Positions 1 through 10,094 of a stretch of DNA of 64,000 bases are shown piece by piece (positions within the stretch are counted from its first letter, which is position 1; each line of letters begins with the position of its first letter). The notes beneath the pieces were generated by a model. It did not search any database. It was not told the origin of the DNA and saw only the letters and a program-made list of their open reading frames with translations. Source of the stretch: Parcubacteria group bacterium (lineage in GTDB: Bacteria; Patescibacteriota; Minisyncoccia; Moranbacterales; UBA9337); NCBI GenBank assembly GCA_041662245.1, contig JBAZSW010000001.1:119757-183756 (forward strand). Direction: 5' to 3'. The position numbers were made by a program, and so were the translations under genes.

Positions 1-611
1 CTGAAAGCAATGTAAGTATGGAGCCCAATTCCAAAAATAAGGCCAGACATTGCAAAGCAAAAATATGATCGGAAGGCGGAACCTTTTAAAAGGTTTTTGT
101 TACTATTTTTAGTGCTATAAATAATTTTGTTATATCTGATGCCACAAAACAGATAGTAAAAGGAAAAGGCCAAGACGGTCGGGAGAATATTGGCGCGGAA
201 AGAAATTCGAGAAAAATTTATCGCCCAAAATGAAAAAGCTACAAAAAAGGCAGCCAAAAGGCCTGCTCTTTGGCTGCGAAAAAGTTCTTTGGTTAATAGG
301 TAAGTGCCTAAAACGGTGAGAGTGCCAAATATTATAGAAGGAAATTTGAGTCCCAGAATGGTTACTCCAAAAATTTGAAAGGAAAAAGAAATTAAATTCA
401 TCATCAAACCCTCGCGTCCATTATTAGCAGTATAAAACCATTGATAATTTCCCGTAGAAGAAGCATCCAGTGCATCTATGCCGTTGACAGCTTCGTCGGG
501 ATAAACTCCACTAGGAACGTTTTCGATGTTATAGATACGGAGAATGAAGGCAAACATTACAATAATCAATAATAAAAACAGATTTAGTATTCTTTGGTTT
601 TTGAATTTCAT
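1..611 (-). CDS. Glycosyltransferase family 39 / ArnT-PMT-like membrane protein (runs off window start)
   Basis: Manual translation from ATG at 611: MKFKNQRILNLFLLLIIVMFAFILRIYNIENVPSGVYPDEAVNG...GREGLMMNL...LKFPSIIFGTLTV...HTYIAF. It has the DE motif after TM1 and multiple TM helices. Absent from the ORF track because it is truncated. Confidence 0.8.
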   Translation of the reverse strand, partial: MKFKNQRILNLFLLLIIVMFAFILRIYNIENVPSGVYPDEAVNGIDALDASSTGNYQWFYTANNGREGLMMNLISFSFQIFGVTILGLKFPSIIFGTLTVLGTYLLTKELFRSQRAGLLAAFFVAFSFWAINFSRISFRANILPTVLAFSFYYLFCGIRYNKIIYSTKNSNKNLLKGSAFRSYFCFAMSGLIFGIGLHTYIAF

Positions 612-731
612 TTTATTGTTTGTTATTCTTTTTAGAAAGATTTTTTATAATTATATAATAACAGTTTTTGTTGAATTGATAAAGTCGTGTTATAATTTAT
701 CTAGATATAAATAACTTTTTATTTTTTTGGT

Positions 732-2186
732 ATGGGAAAAAATATGGAAGATTTGCCTGAGTCTTCTCCTCTGGTGGAGAATATTGAAAGAAAAACAAAA
801 ATAAAAGAAAGCATCGGCAAAGATAAAATTAAAGAGGTGGTAGAATCCTTGGACTCGCAAGAAATCGCTTCAAACGAGAAAGAAAAAGAAATAACGCAAA
901 TCTATAAAGCAGATTCTTTTAATGATGAATTGGCAAGAGGACTAGAGGAAGAATTCTTAAATGGAAATGACTTGACTGATGATGAAGTTGCATATAATGG
1001 GAAAAATGAAAATGTTATTGACGTCGAACGGCTTTCTCCTGCAAATAAATATTCAGACGCTACGATTAAAAAAGCAGTCAATGATAAGAAATTTGCCCAA
1101 GACTTAGCAGATCATGAAATAGCAGGGGAAATTGCTGACATAGAGAAAGCCAGTGAAAGAAATAAAAAAGAGTTGAAAGTGGATATTGAAAAATTCAAAA
1201 AAGAATTGCCTACTGTCTTTAATGAGATTAGAAAAAAATTTATTAGTTTTCATAAAAAGTTTTCTGGTTCTGAAGAAGGAAAGCTTTTTACGGATAAATT
1301 GGAAGGGACGATTAATGGTTATGCTCAAAAAATTCATGAGTTTGATGTGATTGATATTTATGATACTAAAACTCTTACAAAGATAAATCAATTGCATCAT
1401 GAAATGGAAATATGGCTTGATAAGAATTGGGATGAACTGTACGAAAGAAAGGTAGGGAGAGGCGCTTTTAAAAAAGAAACTGAAACTGAATCTGTTCTGG
1501 AGGATTTAAATCTAGATGATTTGCATGGAAATGATAGTTTTGCGACTGAAAGGATTAAAAAAGCGGAGCAAAACAAGAAAATTGATAAGATTGAATCAAA
1601 AGATGAGGAAAAAATTAATCAAAAAAACCTTTCTGAGGAAGAGCGGATAGAATTAGTATCATTGATTAGTGAGAAATGGGCAGATGTCGAAAGAGGCTAT
1701 AATGATTTGATGAAAAAGTTTTATGATTTTCGTAAAAGCAATGAAGGCGAAATTAAATATCATAAATTATTATTTAAAAAAACCTTGGATATAAATGAAA
1801 AGAAGGTGACTCTAAAAAAAGTTATTAACGGAAATATTCAAATAAATCAGGAATTATTAAATGATTTAATAGATTTGGACAAGGATATAATTGAATTTAT
1901 AAGTTCAGATTGGGATAGGGAATTAAAAGAATTTAAAGGTGAAATTGAATTTACTCCGGAAGAAAAAGAAATTATAAAAAATGTAGCGGAGGCTTTTGGA
2001 AATTTTATGGATAGTTTAAAAGAAAAAAGTTCATGGGATGAATATGATGCTACGGAAAAAGAAACTGTTTTAAAAATTTTAACCAGTGTAGAGATAAAGA
2101 AAACAATCAAAGAGATGGGAATCGCTGAATATAAAATTAAGCAATTTGCCAATAGTGTTATGGATATTATTTTAACCAAAAAATAA
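732..2186 (+). CDS. Hypothetical E/K-rich coiled-coil protein
   Basis: 484-aa ORF, very rich in Glu/Lys, no recognisable motif. Confidence 0.75.
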   Translation: MGKNMEDLPESSPLVENIERKTKIKESIGKDKIKEVVESLDSQEIASNEKEKEITQIYKADSFNDELARGLEEEFLNGNDLTDDEVAYNGKNENVIDVERLSPANKYSDATIKKAVNDKKFAQDLADHEIAGEIADIEKASERNKKELKVDIEKFKKELPTVFNEIRKKFISFHKKFSGSEEGKLFTDKLEGTINGYAQKIHEFDVIDIYDTKTLTKINQLHHEMEIWLDKNWDELYERKVGRGAFKKETETESVLEDLNLDDLHGNDSFATERIKKAEQNKKIDKIESKDEEKINQKNLSEEERIELVSLISEKWADVERGYNDLMKKFYDFRKSNEGEIKYHKLLFKKTLDINEKKVTLKKVINGNIQINQELLNDLIDLDKDIIEFISSDWDRELKEFKGEIEFTPEEKEIIKNVAEAFGNFMDSLKEKSSWDEYDATEKETVLKILTSVEIKKTIKEMGIAEYKIKQFANSVMDIILTKK

Positions 2187-2193
2187 AATTAAA

Positions 2194-5100
2194 ATGGAAA
2201 AAGATAATTTAGATCCAAGAAAAGTAGCGGAAAACTTGGGTGATGAGATTAGAAAAAATTTGAAAAATAAAAACGTTTCAACTGAGGCGGTTTTTGAGGG
2301 TGAGCAGAAAGAAGCTTCAGCGAAAAAAGATCCGATTATGACATCCGAAGATGAATTAAAAACAGGCCTAGATGAAGCACAGACTTCCAATAAAAAACCC
2401 AAGAAAGAAGAACTGACGTCAGAGGAGAAAGAAAAAGTTTATAAGTTGAAGAAAGATTTGGAAGATATTTTTAAAAGAAAAGAATTTGAAAATTATAAAA
2501 AAAAGAATCCGGATAGATTGGCGGAATACATCAGGCAGATAACAAGACAGGCGGAAAATAATATTAAAAAGGAGAAAGAATGGGATGCTTTAGATATCTT
2601 ATTGGATAAAGCTAAAAAAAGTAAGGCAACTACGCTAATCAGAATTTTGGAGGAAATAAAAAATAATAGGGGAACGGAAAAAATAAAAGAAAATTGGACA
2701 TTGGAAGAAATAAACGAAAGATTAAAATCAGCCGGTGCTGAAGATGAAGATATTAAATACTTTTTTACACTAATTAAAAAAGATAGATTAGATTTTCTTA
2801 ATTCAAATGATGAGGATCTGAGATTTAGAATTGGAAAATTAAAAGAAATGAGAGAAAGTGATAAAACAAGGCAAGAAAGTGCTGAAAATCAGGAAGAAAA
2901 AGTCGAAAAAGAGATGTTATCAACTGAAAATAATGACGAGGAAAAAGAAGTGGAAAATAGAAGAGTGTTGAAATATCTAGGAGGAGAAGTAGAAAGGTGT
3001 CGAAAAGAATACGTTAAAAAAGAAGATGAAGTGGGGGTTAAAATTTCTCGACTCAAAAATTTCTTTCGAAATCTTATTTCTATTGATAAAACTTATGAAA
3101 TTGAGAAAGAATTAGAAACTTACAAAGAAGAATATGAGAGAGCTCTGAAAAATCATTTGGAGGCGGTAGTTGATATTTTGGGTATTTCTAGCGAAGAAGA
3201 GCTAAAAAATTTACTTAATTATACTAAATTTGAAGAAAAACTGAATTTAATAAACGCCAAGGAGGATTTAAAATTTGAAAATGATCCTCGTTTGGAAAGT
3301 TTTAAGATACATTTTAAATCATGGGCAGTGGGCGCCTTGGAAGGCTACAAAAATTTGTTAGCCAAACCTCGAGAATTAATTACACAAAAAACTGGTTCAA
3401 AAATAAAAGGATTTGCTGGTGGAATGATCGCAGTGGGAGGAGCGATGGCATTTGCAAGCAATTATATTCCTGGACTAAGAAATGTGACCGTTCCCCTGAG
3501 TGTAGCGATAGCAACCATGGGATTTCAAAAAAGAGCTCAAGAAAAAGTTGAAATTGAAAAAGGGCAGTCTTTGGAAAGAGGGTTGGCAGATTTGCAAACT
3601 AGATTGGCGGGAATGGATGATAATCTAAAAAAAGAAATTCTTAAAAGAGAATTAGGAATGGAAATAAAAGATATTCCCGAAAAAGTTATTCGAGAAACAG
3701 AAGAAAAATATAAAAGATATTTATATTCTTTTGGTAAGGCTGTAGCCGTGAGTACTTTTTTCTATGAAGTAGGACAGTATGTCAGGGGGTATCTTTCTGG
3801 TTCGGAAACGGATCATCTCAATGAATCTATAATGAAAGACAATCTTGTGAAGGCGGGGGTTAAACTTCCTCCAACCCAAGACGAAACTTATCATATTAAT
3901 CGTCATCCAGAGGCCAATACCGCGGGAATAGCTGATGGAAGACCAGCGGGTATTCATGGAATGCAAAATCAAAAAATAATGGATGAGCCAAAAATTCCCG
4001 AAGGAGTAGCGCCTATAAAAGCAGAAACTATTCAAGAAACATTCAAAAAATTTGGAATAAAAGATTTAGATGCGAATCCTAATGAATCTCCAGAAGCTAA
4101 TCCTACCGATGCATCACATCCCGAAATTAAAAGCGACACTAATCCTACAAAAAGTGAAGAATTAGATAGCAAGGAGGGTGGAACGAGCGAGGAAATTAAT
4201 GTTTCAGAAAACAACGAAGATATTTTTAAAAATGAAGCACTAGAAACGCCAGAAATAAAGAGGACAGAATTTTCTGGTATTGAGTTGAATAACTCTAATA
4301 ATGGAGAATTGATAATAAAACAAAAGGATAGTGTTATCGGTACCATTGCCAAATTTTTAGAAAAAAATAGCGACAAATTGACAGAGGGGAAAATGGGTTT
4401 TGATCCAGCTAAATATTCCGGAGCAACCCTAGAAGAAAAAATTCATAGTTGGTCACAGATAAGAGCCAATGCTATCGCTAAAGAATTTGCTCGTGCTAAT
4501 AGTGAATATAATTTAAATAAAGTATCAGATGGTTCAAGCATCGCTTTAAATCTAAATAATTTAGCTGATATAAAAATCGAGCATCTCAATGATCAATATC
4601 ATTTAGGAGGAGAAGCTGTCTCTCAAGAAATTCCGATAAGCGCAACTGATAATGCAGAGAGGTTAATAGAGGTAAAAGAAACTATTAGATTAGAAAATGC
4701 CACTAAGGATGAAATGGAATTAGTTCATAAAATAGGATTAACTCCCAAAGAATATGCGGATTTGAATGACAAATCGGTGATAAATTTTCTTGATTCTAAA
4801 AATTCTGATAATCCCATTGATTCCAGTGCTCAATTAAAAAATATTCTTAAATATTTGATTAAAGAGGGATCAATTAACAATGTAAATAGTAGTGTTTCAG
4901 ACGCGATTAGAAGCTTGGATGAGCATTCCTTGGGAAAAATATTTGATAAGAGCAGTCAAATATTTACCCCCGATTTTTCTTTGCGAGAAGATTTTAATTA
5001 CAGTGAATATGTGGGAGAAGTGGTTAAAAATGAGCTATCAGAAGTGATTCGAGATAAATCTATTTTAGGTTTGGTTTTTAAGGAGATTGGCAGTATTAAA

Positions 5101-5301
5101 GGAAATATAATAAGCAGTGAGCCTACGGGTGGAATTTTTGATTCATTTAAGCAAGTGGCAGAAAAAACGCTTGGAGTGGAAAATATAAGGTCAAGAAACG
5201 ATGACACGGTGGCTAAATATGTGGTAAAATCATTTAAACGAGCCTATGAATTGGGGAAATTGGATGAACTTAAATTGGCACTAAAAAATATCAAAAAATA
5301 A
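2194..5301 (+). CDS. Large hypothetical protein: charged N-terminus, central hydrophobic segments, acidic C-terminal region
   Basis: 1035-aa ORF; hydrophobic GFAGGMIAVGGAMAFAS...VPLSVAIATMG segment; co-oriented with neighbours with 7-20 bp gaps. Confidence 0.75.
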   Translation: MEKDNLDPRKVAENLGDEIRKNLKNKNVSTEAVFEGEQKEASAKKDPIMTSEDELKTGLDEAQTSNKKPKKEELTSEEKEKVYKLKKDLEDIFKRKEFENYKKKNPDRLAEYIRQITRQAENNIKKEKEWDALDILLDKAKKSKATTLIRILEEIKNNRGTEKIKENWTLEEINERLKSAGAEDEDIKYFFTLIKKDRLDFLNSNDEDLRFRIGKLKEMRESDKTRQESAENQEEKVEKEMLSTENNDEEKEVENRRVLKYLGGEVERCRKEYVKKEDEVGVKISRLKNFFRNLISIDKTYEIEKELETYKEEYERALKNHLEAVVDILGISSEEELKNLLNYTKFEEKLNLINAKEDLKFENDPRLESFKIHFKSWAVGALEGYKNLLAKPRELITQKTGSKIKGFAGGMIAVGGAMAFASNYIPGLRNVTVPLSVAIATMGFQKRAQEKVEIEKGQSLERGLADLQTRLAGMDDNLKKEILKRELGMEIKDIPEKVIRETEEKYKRYLYSFGKAVAVSTFFYEVGQYVRGYLSGSETDHLNESIMKDNLVKAGVKLPPTQDETYHINRHPEANTAGIADGRPAGIHGMQNQKIMDEPKIPEGVAPIKAETIQETFKKFGIKDLDANPNESPEANPTDASHPEIKSDTNPTKSEELDSKEGGTSEEINVSENNEDIFKNEALETPEIKRTEFSGIELNNSNNGELIIKQKDSVIGTIAKFLEKNSDKLTEGKMGFDPAKYSGATLEEKIHSWSQIRANAIAKEFARANSEYNLNKVSDGSSIALNLNNLADIKIEHLNDQYHLGGEAVSQEIPISATDNAERLIEVKETIRLENATKDEMELVHKIGLTPKEYADLNDKSVINFLDSKNSDNPIDSSAQLKNILKYLIKEGSINNVNSSVSDAIRSLDEHSLGKIFDKSSQIFTPDFSLREDFNYSEYVGEVVKNELSEVIRDKSILGLVFKEIGSIKGNIISSEPTGGIFDSFKQVAEKTLGVENIRSRNDDTVAKYVVKSFKRAYELGKLDELKLALKNIKK

Positions 5302-5321
5302 TCATTAATAAAATTAATTAT

Positions 5322-5624
5322 ATGGCTACTAAAAATCAAGATAAAATTAAAAAAGATATAATGTTGGATTTGGGAATGGATAAATTGCCAGAAGATAAAC
5401 AAGATGAGATTTTGGCTAAGATTGGAGAAATAATTTTAAAAAAAATATTTATTGAGACTATTGATAGACTGGATGAGGGTGATGCCAACGAATTTAAAAA
5501 AATGCTTGAAGATGGCAGTGATTCAGATAGTATCGAAAAATTTTTAAGCGCTAGAATTGAGAATTATGATGTGATAATAGAAAAAATTGTAGCAGAAGTA
5601 AAATCAGATATAAAAAATGGTTAA
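5322..5624 (+). CDS. Small CPR-type conserved protein (DUF5663-like)
   Basis: LGMDKLPEDKQDEILAKIGEIILKKIFIETIDRL pattern. Confidence 0.6.
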   Translation: MATKNQDKIKKDIMLDLGMDKLPEDKQDEILAKIGEIILKKIFIETIDRLDEGDANEFKKMLEDGSDSDSIEKFLSARIENYDVIIEKIVAEVKSDIKNG

Positions 5625-5644
5625 TAATTTTAAATAATAAAAAT

Positions 5645-6106
5645 ATGCCTGATGAAAAAACAATAGATTTGAATTTGGAGCCCGTTAGTGATGATGATTT
5701 TGATTTATCTAAAAAATTCGGTCATATTGAAAAAAATCAAATAGGGTCAGTGGGCAACAAAAAAGAAGGGATTCCCTCAGTAACAGAGAAGGAAAAAGCT
5801 CAGGAAATTTCTCCAGCAGAAAAAGAATCTGCGTATAGTAGGATTCTTTCCAAAGTTTCTCAAAAGTCAGTTAGTCCAAGGAGTGATGATATCAAAAGTG
5901 ATGCGGAAGCAGTTTCTAAAAAAATGGATGCAGATAGTCAAATTCAACATTTAGTGGATTTGGCTACAACCAAAGGAGCAATACATGCAATAAAAGTAGC
6001 TAAGCATATGGAAGACAACTATGTTTTGGATATGCTTCATGATAAAATGATCTCAGAGGAATTGCATAAAGTATTGGTAGAAAAAAATCTTATTTCTGAG
6101 GAATAA
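5645..6106 (+). CDS. Hypothetical protein upstream of TraD-like ATPase
   Basis: 153-aa ORF; C-terminal helical motif HAIKVAKHMEDNYVLDMLHD. Confidence 0.65.
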   Translation: MPDEKTIDLNLEPVSDDDFDLSKKFGHIEKNQIGSVGNKKEGIPSVTEKEKAQEISPAEKESAYSRILSKVSQKSVSPRSDDIKSDAEAVSKKMDADSQIQHLVDLATTKGAIHAIKVAKHMEDNYVLDMLHDKMISEELHKVLVEKNLISEE

Positions 6107-6147
6107 ATTTGAGAGTAAAAAATAAAAAAATAAACTAAAAAATAAAA

Positions 6148-8634
6148 ATGTTTGATCTTAATTCTATTTTGTTATTTCTAGTAGTTGCTTTAGGCAGTAT
6201 GTCTGCTATTAGTGGCTTGTTTTTGGTGGTGCGTAGTTTCTTTCGCTTTCGTATTCAAATAAATTATTCTATAAACATGGATTTGGAGGTTGTCAGGGTG
6301 ACAAAAACAAATAAGAAAGATGGTGCTTCTATGGGGGGTGGACAAAACGGAGAAGTCTGGAAAGAAGAAGTGGGAGCAATGGAACAGTTGCTGACCACTT
6401 TATCAAAGACTAGAGTAAATAAATCATTTTTAAATAAAATTTTTTATGACGTTCCTTGTATTTCTCTAGAAATAGCTAAACCTTCCAATAGTGAAGAAAT
6501 ATTTTTTTATGTTGCTATTCCTAGAAAATTAAGAGAAACTATTGAAAAACAAATTCACAGTTATTTTCCTAACGCTTCTATAGAAAAAATTTCGGATTAT
6601 ACTATTTTTTCTCCGGGGAGCTTTACTGCCTCTGCCGTTTTGGAATTGAAAAATAGACATGCTCTTCCGGTAAAAACGTATGTCTATATGAATGGTGATC
6701 CTCTTAATGAAATTTCTAATTCATTGAGTAAATTTAAGGCAGATGAAGAGGGAGCGTCAATTCAGTTAGTGATTACCCCTGCCAAAAGAGGTTGGCAGAC
6801 ATTGGGAAAAACAATTGCGCATAGAATGCAACAAGGAAAAAGACTTAAAGATGTGCATAGTGATTCATTGATTTCAAAAATGGGAAGCGAAATAGGAAAA
6901 GGCGCAGGTGATGTTTTAAGTACTTTGATGGCCAGTAATAAGCCAAATAATGACTTGGAAAAGAAAAATATTATTCAATTGACACCAGAAGAGCAGGAGC
7001 TTATTAAATCCATAGAGAGTAAGTCTAACAAAGCTGGTTTTAAAGTTAACATAAGACTGTTGGCTTCAGCAGATTCTCAAGGTAGAGCGGATGAAATATT
7101 GGCTCAAATAGAAAATTCTTTTTCTCAATTTGAAAATCATGGAGTTAATTATTTTAAAATTAAGAAAAGGACAAAAAATAAAGATAATTCTTTCGATTAT
7201 ATTTTTAGAAATTTTAATGATGATAATGCTATAATTCTTAATACTGAAGAGATAGCTAGTATTTTTCATTTTCCAATTTCCACTACAGAGACTCCTAAAA
7301 TTAAATGGCTTAAAGCCGGGGCGGCTCCACCGCCAATAAATATTCCTTCAGAGGGAATATTATTGGGATATAATGATTATCGAGGAGAAAAAACAGATAT
7401 AAGACTATCTGATAGCGATAGACGAAGACATCTTTATACAATTGGACAAACTGGAGTTGGAAAATCACATTTTCTTCAAGCCATGGCTAAGCAGGATGTG
7501 ATGAATGGTAAAGGAATTTGTTTTATTGATCCCCATGGGGATGCAATCGAAGATATATTAGCTGCAGTTCCGAAAGAAAGGGCGGAAGACGTAATTATTT
7601 TTAATCCAGCGGATAGTGAAAGACCCCTAGGATTAAATATGCTTGAATACGACAGACCTGAAGAGAAAAGTTTTGTGATTAATGAAATGATCAGTATTTT
7701 TGATAAATTATACGATCTAAAGCAAACAGGAGGTCCAATGTTTGAACAATATGCGAGAAACGCAATGCTTCTTGTAATGGAGCATCCTGAATCAGGCTCA
7801 ACCCTAATGGAAATTCCCAAGGTTTTAGCAGATGAAGAATTCAGAAAAATGAAATTATCTCATTGTAATAATCCGGTAGTGAGAGATTTTTGGATAAAAG
7901 AAGCAGAAAAAGCAGGAGGAGAGGCAGCTTTGGCCAATATGGTACCTTATATCACCTCTAAACTTACCACCTTTATTTCCAATGATTTGATGCGACCAAT
8001 AATTGCTCAGCAAAAAAGCGCTTTAAACTTTAGAAGTATCATGGATGAAGGAAAAATATTACTTATCAATCTTTCCAAGGGAAGAATTGGAGAAATCAAT
8101 AGTCATCTTTTGGGAATGGTGATGGTTGGCAAGATTTTAATGGCAGCTCTTTCTCGAGTAGATATGCCAGAAAATGAGCGCAAAGATTTTTATTTATATA
8201 TCGATGAGTTTCAAAATGTAACGACTGATTCAATCTCTCAAATTCTTTCAGAAGCTCGAAAATATAGATTGAATTTAATTATTGCCCATCAGTTTATCGG
8301 CCAGTTGAGCGAGGAAATATCTAAAGCGGTTTTTGGTAATGTTGGATCATTATGTGCTTTTCGAGTAGGCCCAGAAGACGCGGAATTTTTAGAAAAACAA
8401 TTTGAACCGATTTTTACTGCTAGTGATTTGATTAATGTAAATAACTATAGCGGTTTTGCTAAATTATTGATTAATAATGACACGACTAAGCCATTTAATA
8501 TAAAAACTTATCCACCTAGAGAAGGTAATAAGGAAATTTCCAAATATCTTAAAGAGATGTCTCGTTTAAAATATGGTCGAGATGCTAATATTGTTAATCG
8601 AGAGATAATGGAAAGAACTAAATTTAGAACTTAA
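6148..8634 (+). CDS. Membrane-anchored TraD/VirD4-like (T4SS coupling/HerA-FtsK superfamily) ATPase
   Basis: N-terminal TM; RRRHLYTIGQTGVGKS Walker A; FIDPHGD; LYIDEFQN Walker B; SEARKY motif. Confidence 0.85.
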   Translation: MFDLNSILLFLVVALGSMSAISGLFLVVRSFFRFRIQINYSINMDLEVVRVTKTNKKDGASMGGGQNGEVWKEEVGAMEQLLTTLSKTRVNKSFLNKIFYDVPCISLEIAKPSNSEEIFFYVAIPRKLRETIEKQIHSYFPNASIEKISDYTIFSPGSFTASAVLELKNRHALPVKTYVYMNGDPLNEISNSLSKFKADEEGASIQLVITPAKRGWQTLGKTIAHRMQQGKRLKDVHSDSLISKMGSEIGKGAGDVLSTLMASNKPNNDLEKKNIIQLTPEEQELIKSIESKSNKAGFKVNIRLLASADSQGRADEILAQIENSFSQFENHGVNYFKIKKRTKNKDNSFDYIFRNFNDDNAIILNTEEIASIFHFPISTTETPKIKWLKAGAAPPPINIPSEGILLGYNDYRGEKTDIRLSDSDRRRHLYTIGQTGVGKSHFLQAMAKQDVMNGKGICFIDPHGDAIEDILAAVPKERAEDVIIFNPADSERPLGLNMLEYDRPEEKSFVINEMISIFDKLYDLKQTGGPMFEQYARNAMLLVMEHPESGSTLMEIPKVLADEEFRKMKLSHCNNPVVRDFWIKEAEKAGGEAALANMVPYITSKLTTFISNDLMRPIIAQQKSALNFRSIMDEGKILLINLSKGRIGEINSHLLGMVMVGKILMAALSRVDMPENERKDFYLYIDEFQNVTTDSISQILSEARKYRLNLIIAHQFIGQLSEEISKAVFGNVGSLCAFRVGPEDAEFLEKQFEPIFTASDLINVNNYSGFAKLLINNDTTKPFNIKTYPPREGNKEISKYLKEMSRLKYGRDANIVNREIMERTKFRT

Positions 8635-8653
8635 TAATTTATCTATAAAAAAT

Positions 8654-9067
8654 ATGAAAATTAAAATTTTAATCGGAGGTATTTTTTTTATTAGTTTAAT
8701 TTTGGTGGCTAATTTATCTCTGGCGGCTTATACTCCGTTGGAAGAAATTCCCGGAACCACAGGAACGTCTGCTATTAATACTTTTCCTACGTATGTTAAT
8801 GCTGTTTATAAATTTGCGATTTGGTCAGTGGGAATTGCCGCTTTACTGATGATTTCCATTGGTGGTTTTATGTACTTTACAGCAGCGGGAAATACTTCTA
8901 AGATGGAAGGTGGAAAGAAAATTGTCACTGATGCCTTGTTTGGATTGATAGCTGTGATGGTAGCTTGGGTAGTATTAAACACCATTAACCCCAATTTAAC
9001 TAATATTTCCCTAAAAAGTGTTACTGACCTTAGTTCATCTTCTTCACAACTAAAATCATCACACTAA
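8654..9067 (+). CDS. Pilin-like (TrbC/VirB2-type) membrane protein
   Basis: Signal peptide plus two hydrophobic helices; GGFMYFTAAGNTSKMEGGKKIVTDALFGL...LNTINP motif typical of CPR pilin-like proteins. Confidence 0.75.
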   Translation: MKIKILIGGIFFISLILVANLSLAAYTPLEEIPGTTGTSAINTFPTYVNAVYKFAIWSVGIAALLMISIGGFMYFTAAGNTSKMEGGKKIVTDALFGLIAVMVAWVVLNTINPNLTNISLKSVTDLSSSSSQLKSSH

Positions 9068-9077
9068 AATAAGATTT

Positions 9078-10085
9078 ATGTTTCAAATAATTTGCATTGG
9101 TTCATCTTCAAAAGATATTTTTTTTCCTACTGATGAGGGTTTGATTTTTGATACTCCTGAGGATATCACAGCCCAAAAAAAAATAGCTTTTGAATTAGGA
9201 GCCAAATATCAGATAGCAGAAATTTTTGAAGCTCCGGGAGGATGCGCAGCCAATGTAGCTCAAGGCTTAGCGAGATTGGGGATAAAAACTGCTTGTTATA
9301 CTAAGATTGGTAAAGATGAAATTGGGAGATGGATTAAAAAAGAGTTAAAAAGAGAAAAAGTTAATACCAGATTGTTACAAATAGATAAAAAATGCAAAAG
9401 CGATTTGTCATCTATAATTGTAGATAAAAAAACTGGGGAGCATGTAATATTCTTTAATCGAGAATCTAACACTAAATTGGAGATAATTCCCAAGAAGATA
9501 AAAAATACTCAGAGAATATTTGTCAGCGCCTTAAATGGTGAGTGGGAAAAGCACATAGATGCTGTTATGGAAGTAGCTGAAAAAAATAATATTAAAATAA
9601 TATTTAACCCTGGACAAAGAAATATCAAGGATAATCCAAAAAAAGTTTTAGAGATAATAAAAAAATCAGAAGTAGTCGTTTTAAATAAAGATGAGGCGAT
9701 TGAAATTTTGTTAGGGAACAATGTAGAAATAGAGAATGAGAAATTAAATGATGAAATTTTTCTGTTAAAAAACATAGCTAACTTCAGCCATGGGGTAATC
9801 GCTTTGACCGATGGGGAAAGGGGTTGTTGGGTGATCTATAATAACGAAGTATTTTTTTCTAAGGTAATTGTAGATAGTCCTGTGGATACTTTGGGTGCGG
9901 GTGATTCTTTTTCGAGCGGGTTTTTGGCAGGCTATATTGCAGGAAAGAACATAGAAGAGTCTTTAAAAATGGGAATGGCCAATAGTGCTAATGTAATTTT
10001 ATATTATGGTGCCAAGCAAGGATTACTGGCCAAGAATAATGTAGCTGATTTTACACAAAAAATTAAAGTGGAAAAATTAAAATAA
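9078..10085 (+). CDS. PfkB/ribokinase family carbohydrate kinase
   Basis: PGGCAANVAQGLARLG and VDTLGAGDSFSSGF signatures. Confidence 0.9.
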   Translation: MFQIICIGSSSKDIFFPTDEGLIFDTPEDITAQKKIAFELGAKYQIAEIFEAPGGCAANVAQGLARLGIKTACYTKIGKDEIGRWIKKELKREKVNTRLLQIDKKCKSDLSSIIVDKKTGEHVIFFNRESNTKLEIIPKKIKNTQRIFVSALNGEWEKHIDAVMEVAEKNNIKIIFNPGQRNIKDNPKKVLEIIKKSEVVVLNKDEAIEILLGNNVEIENEKLNDEIFLLKNIANFSHGVIALTDGERGCWVIYNNEVFFSKVIVDSPVDTLGAGDSFSSGFLAGYIAGKNIEESLKMGMANSANVILYYGAKQGLLAKNNVADFTQKIKVEKLK

Positions 10086-10094
10086 AATATTTTT

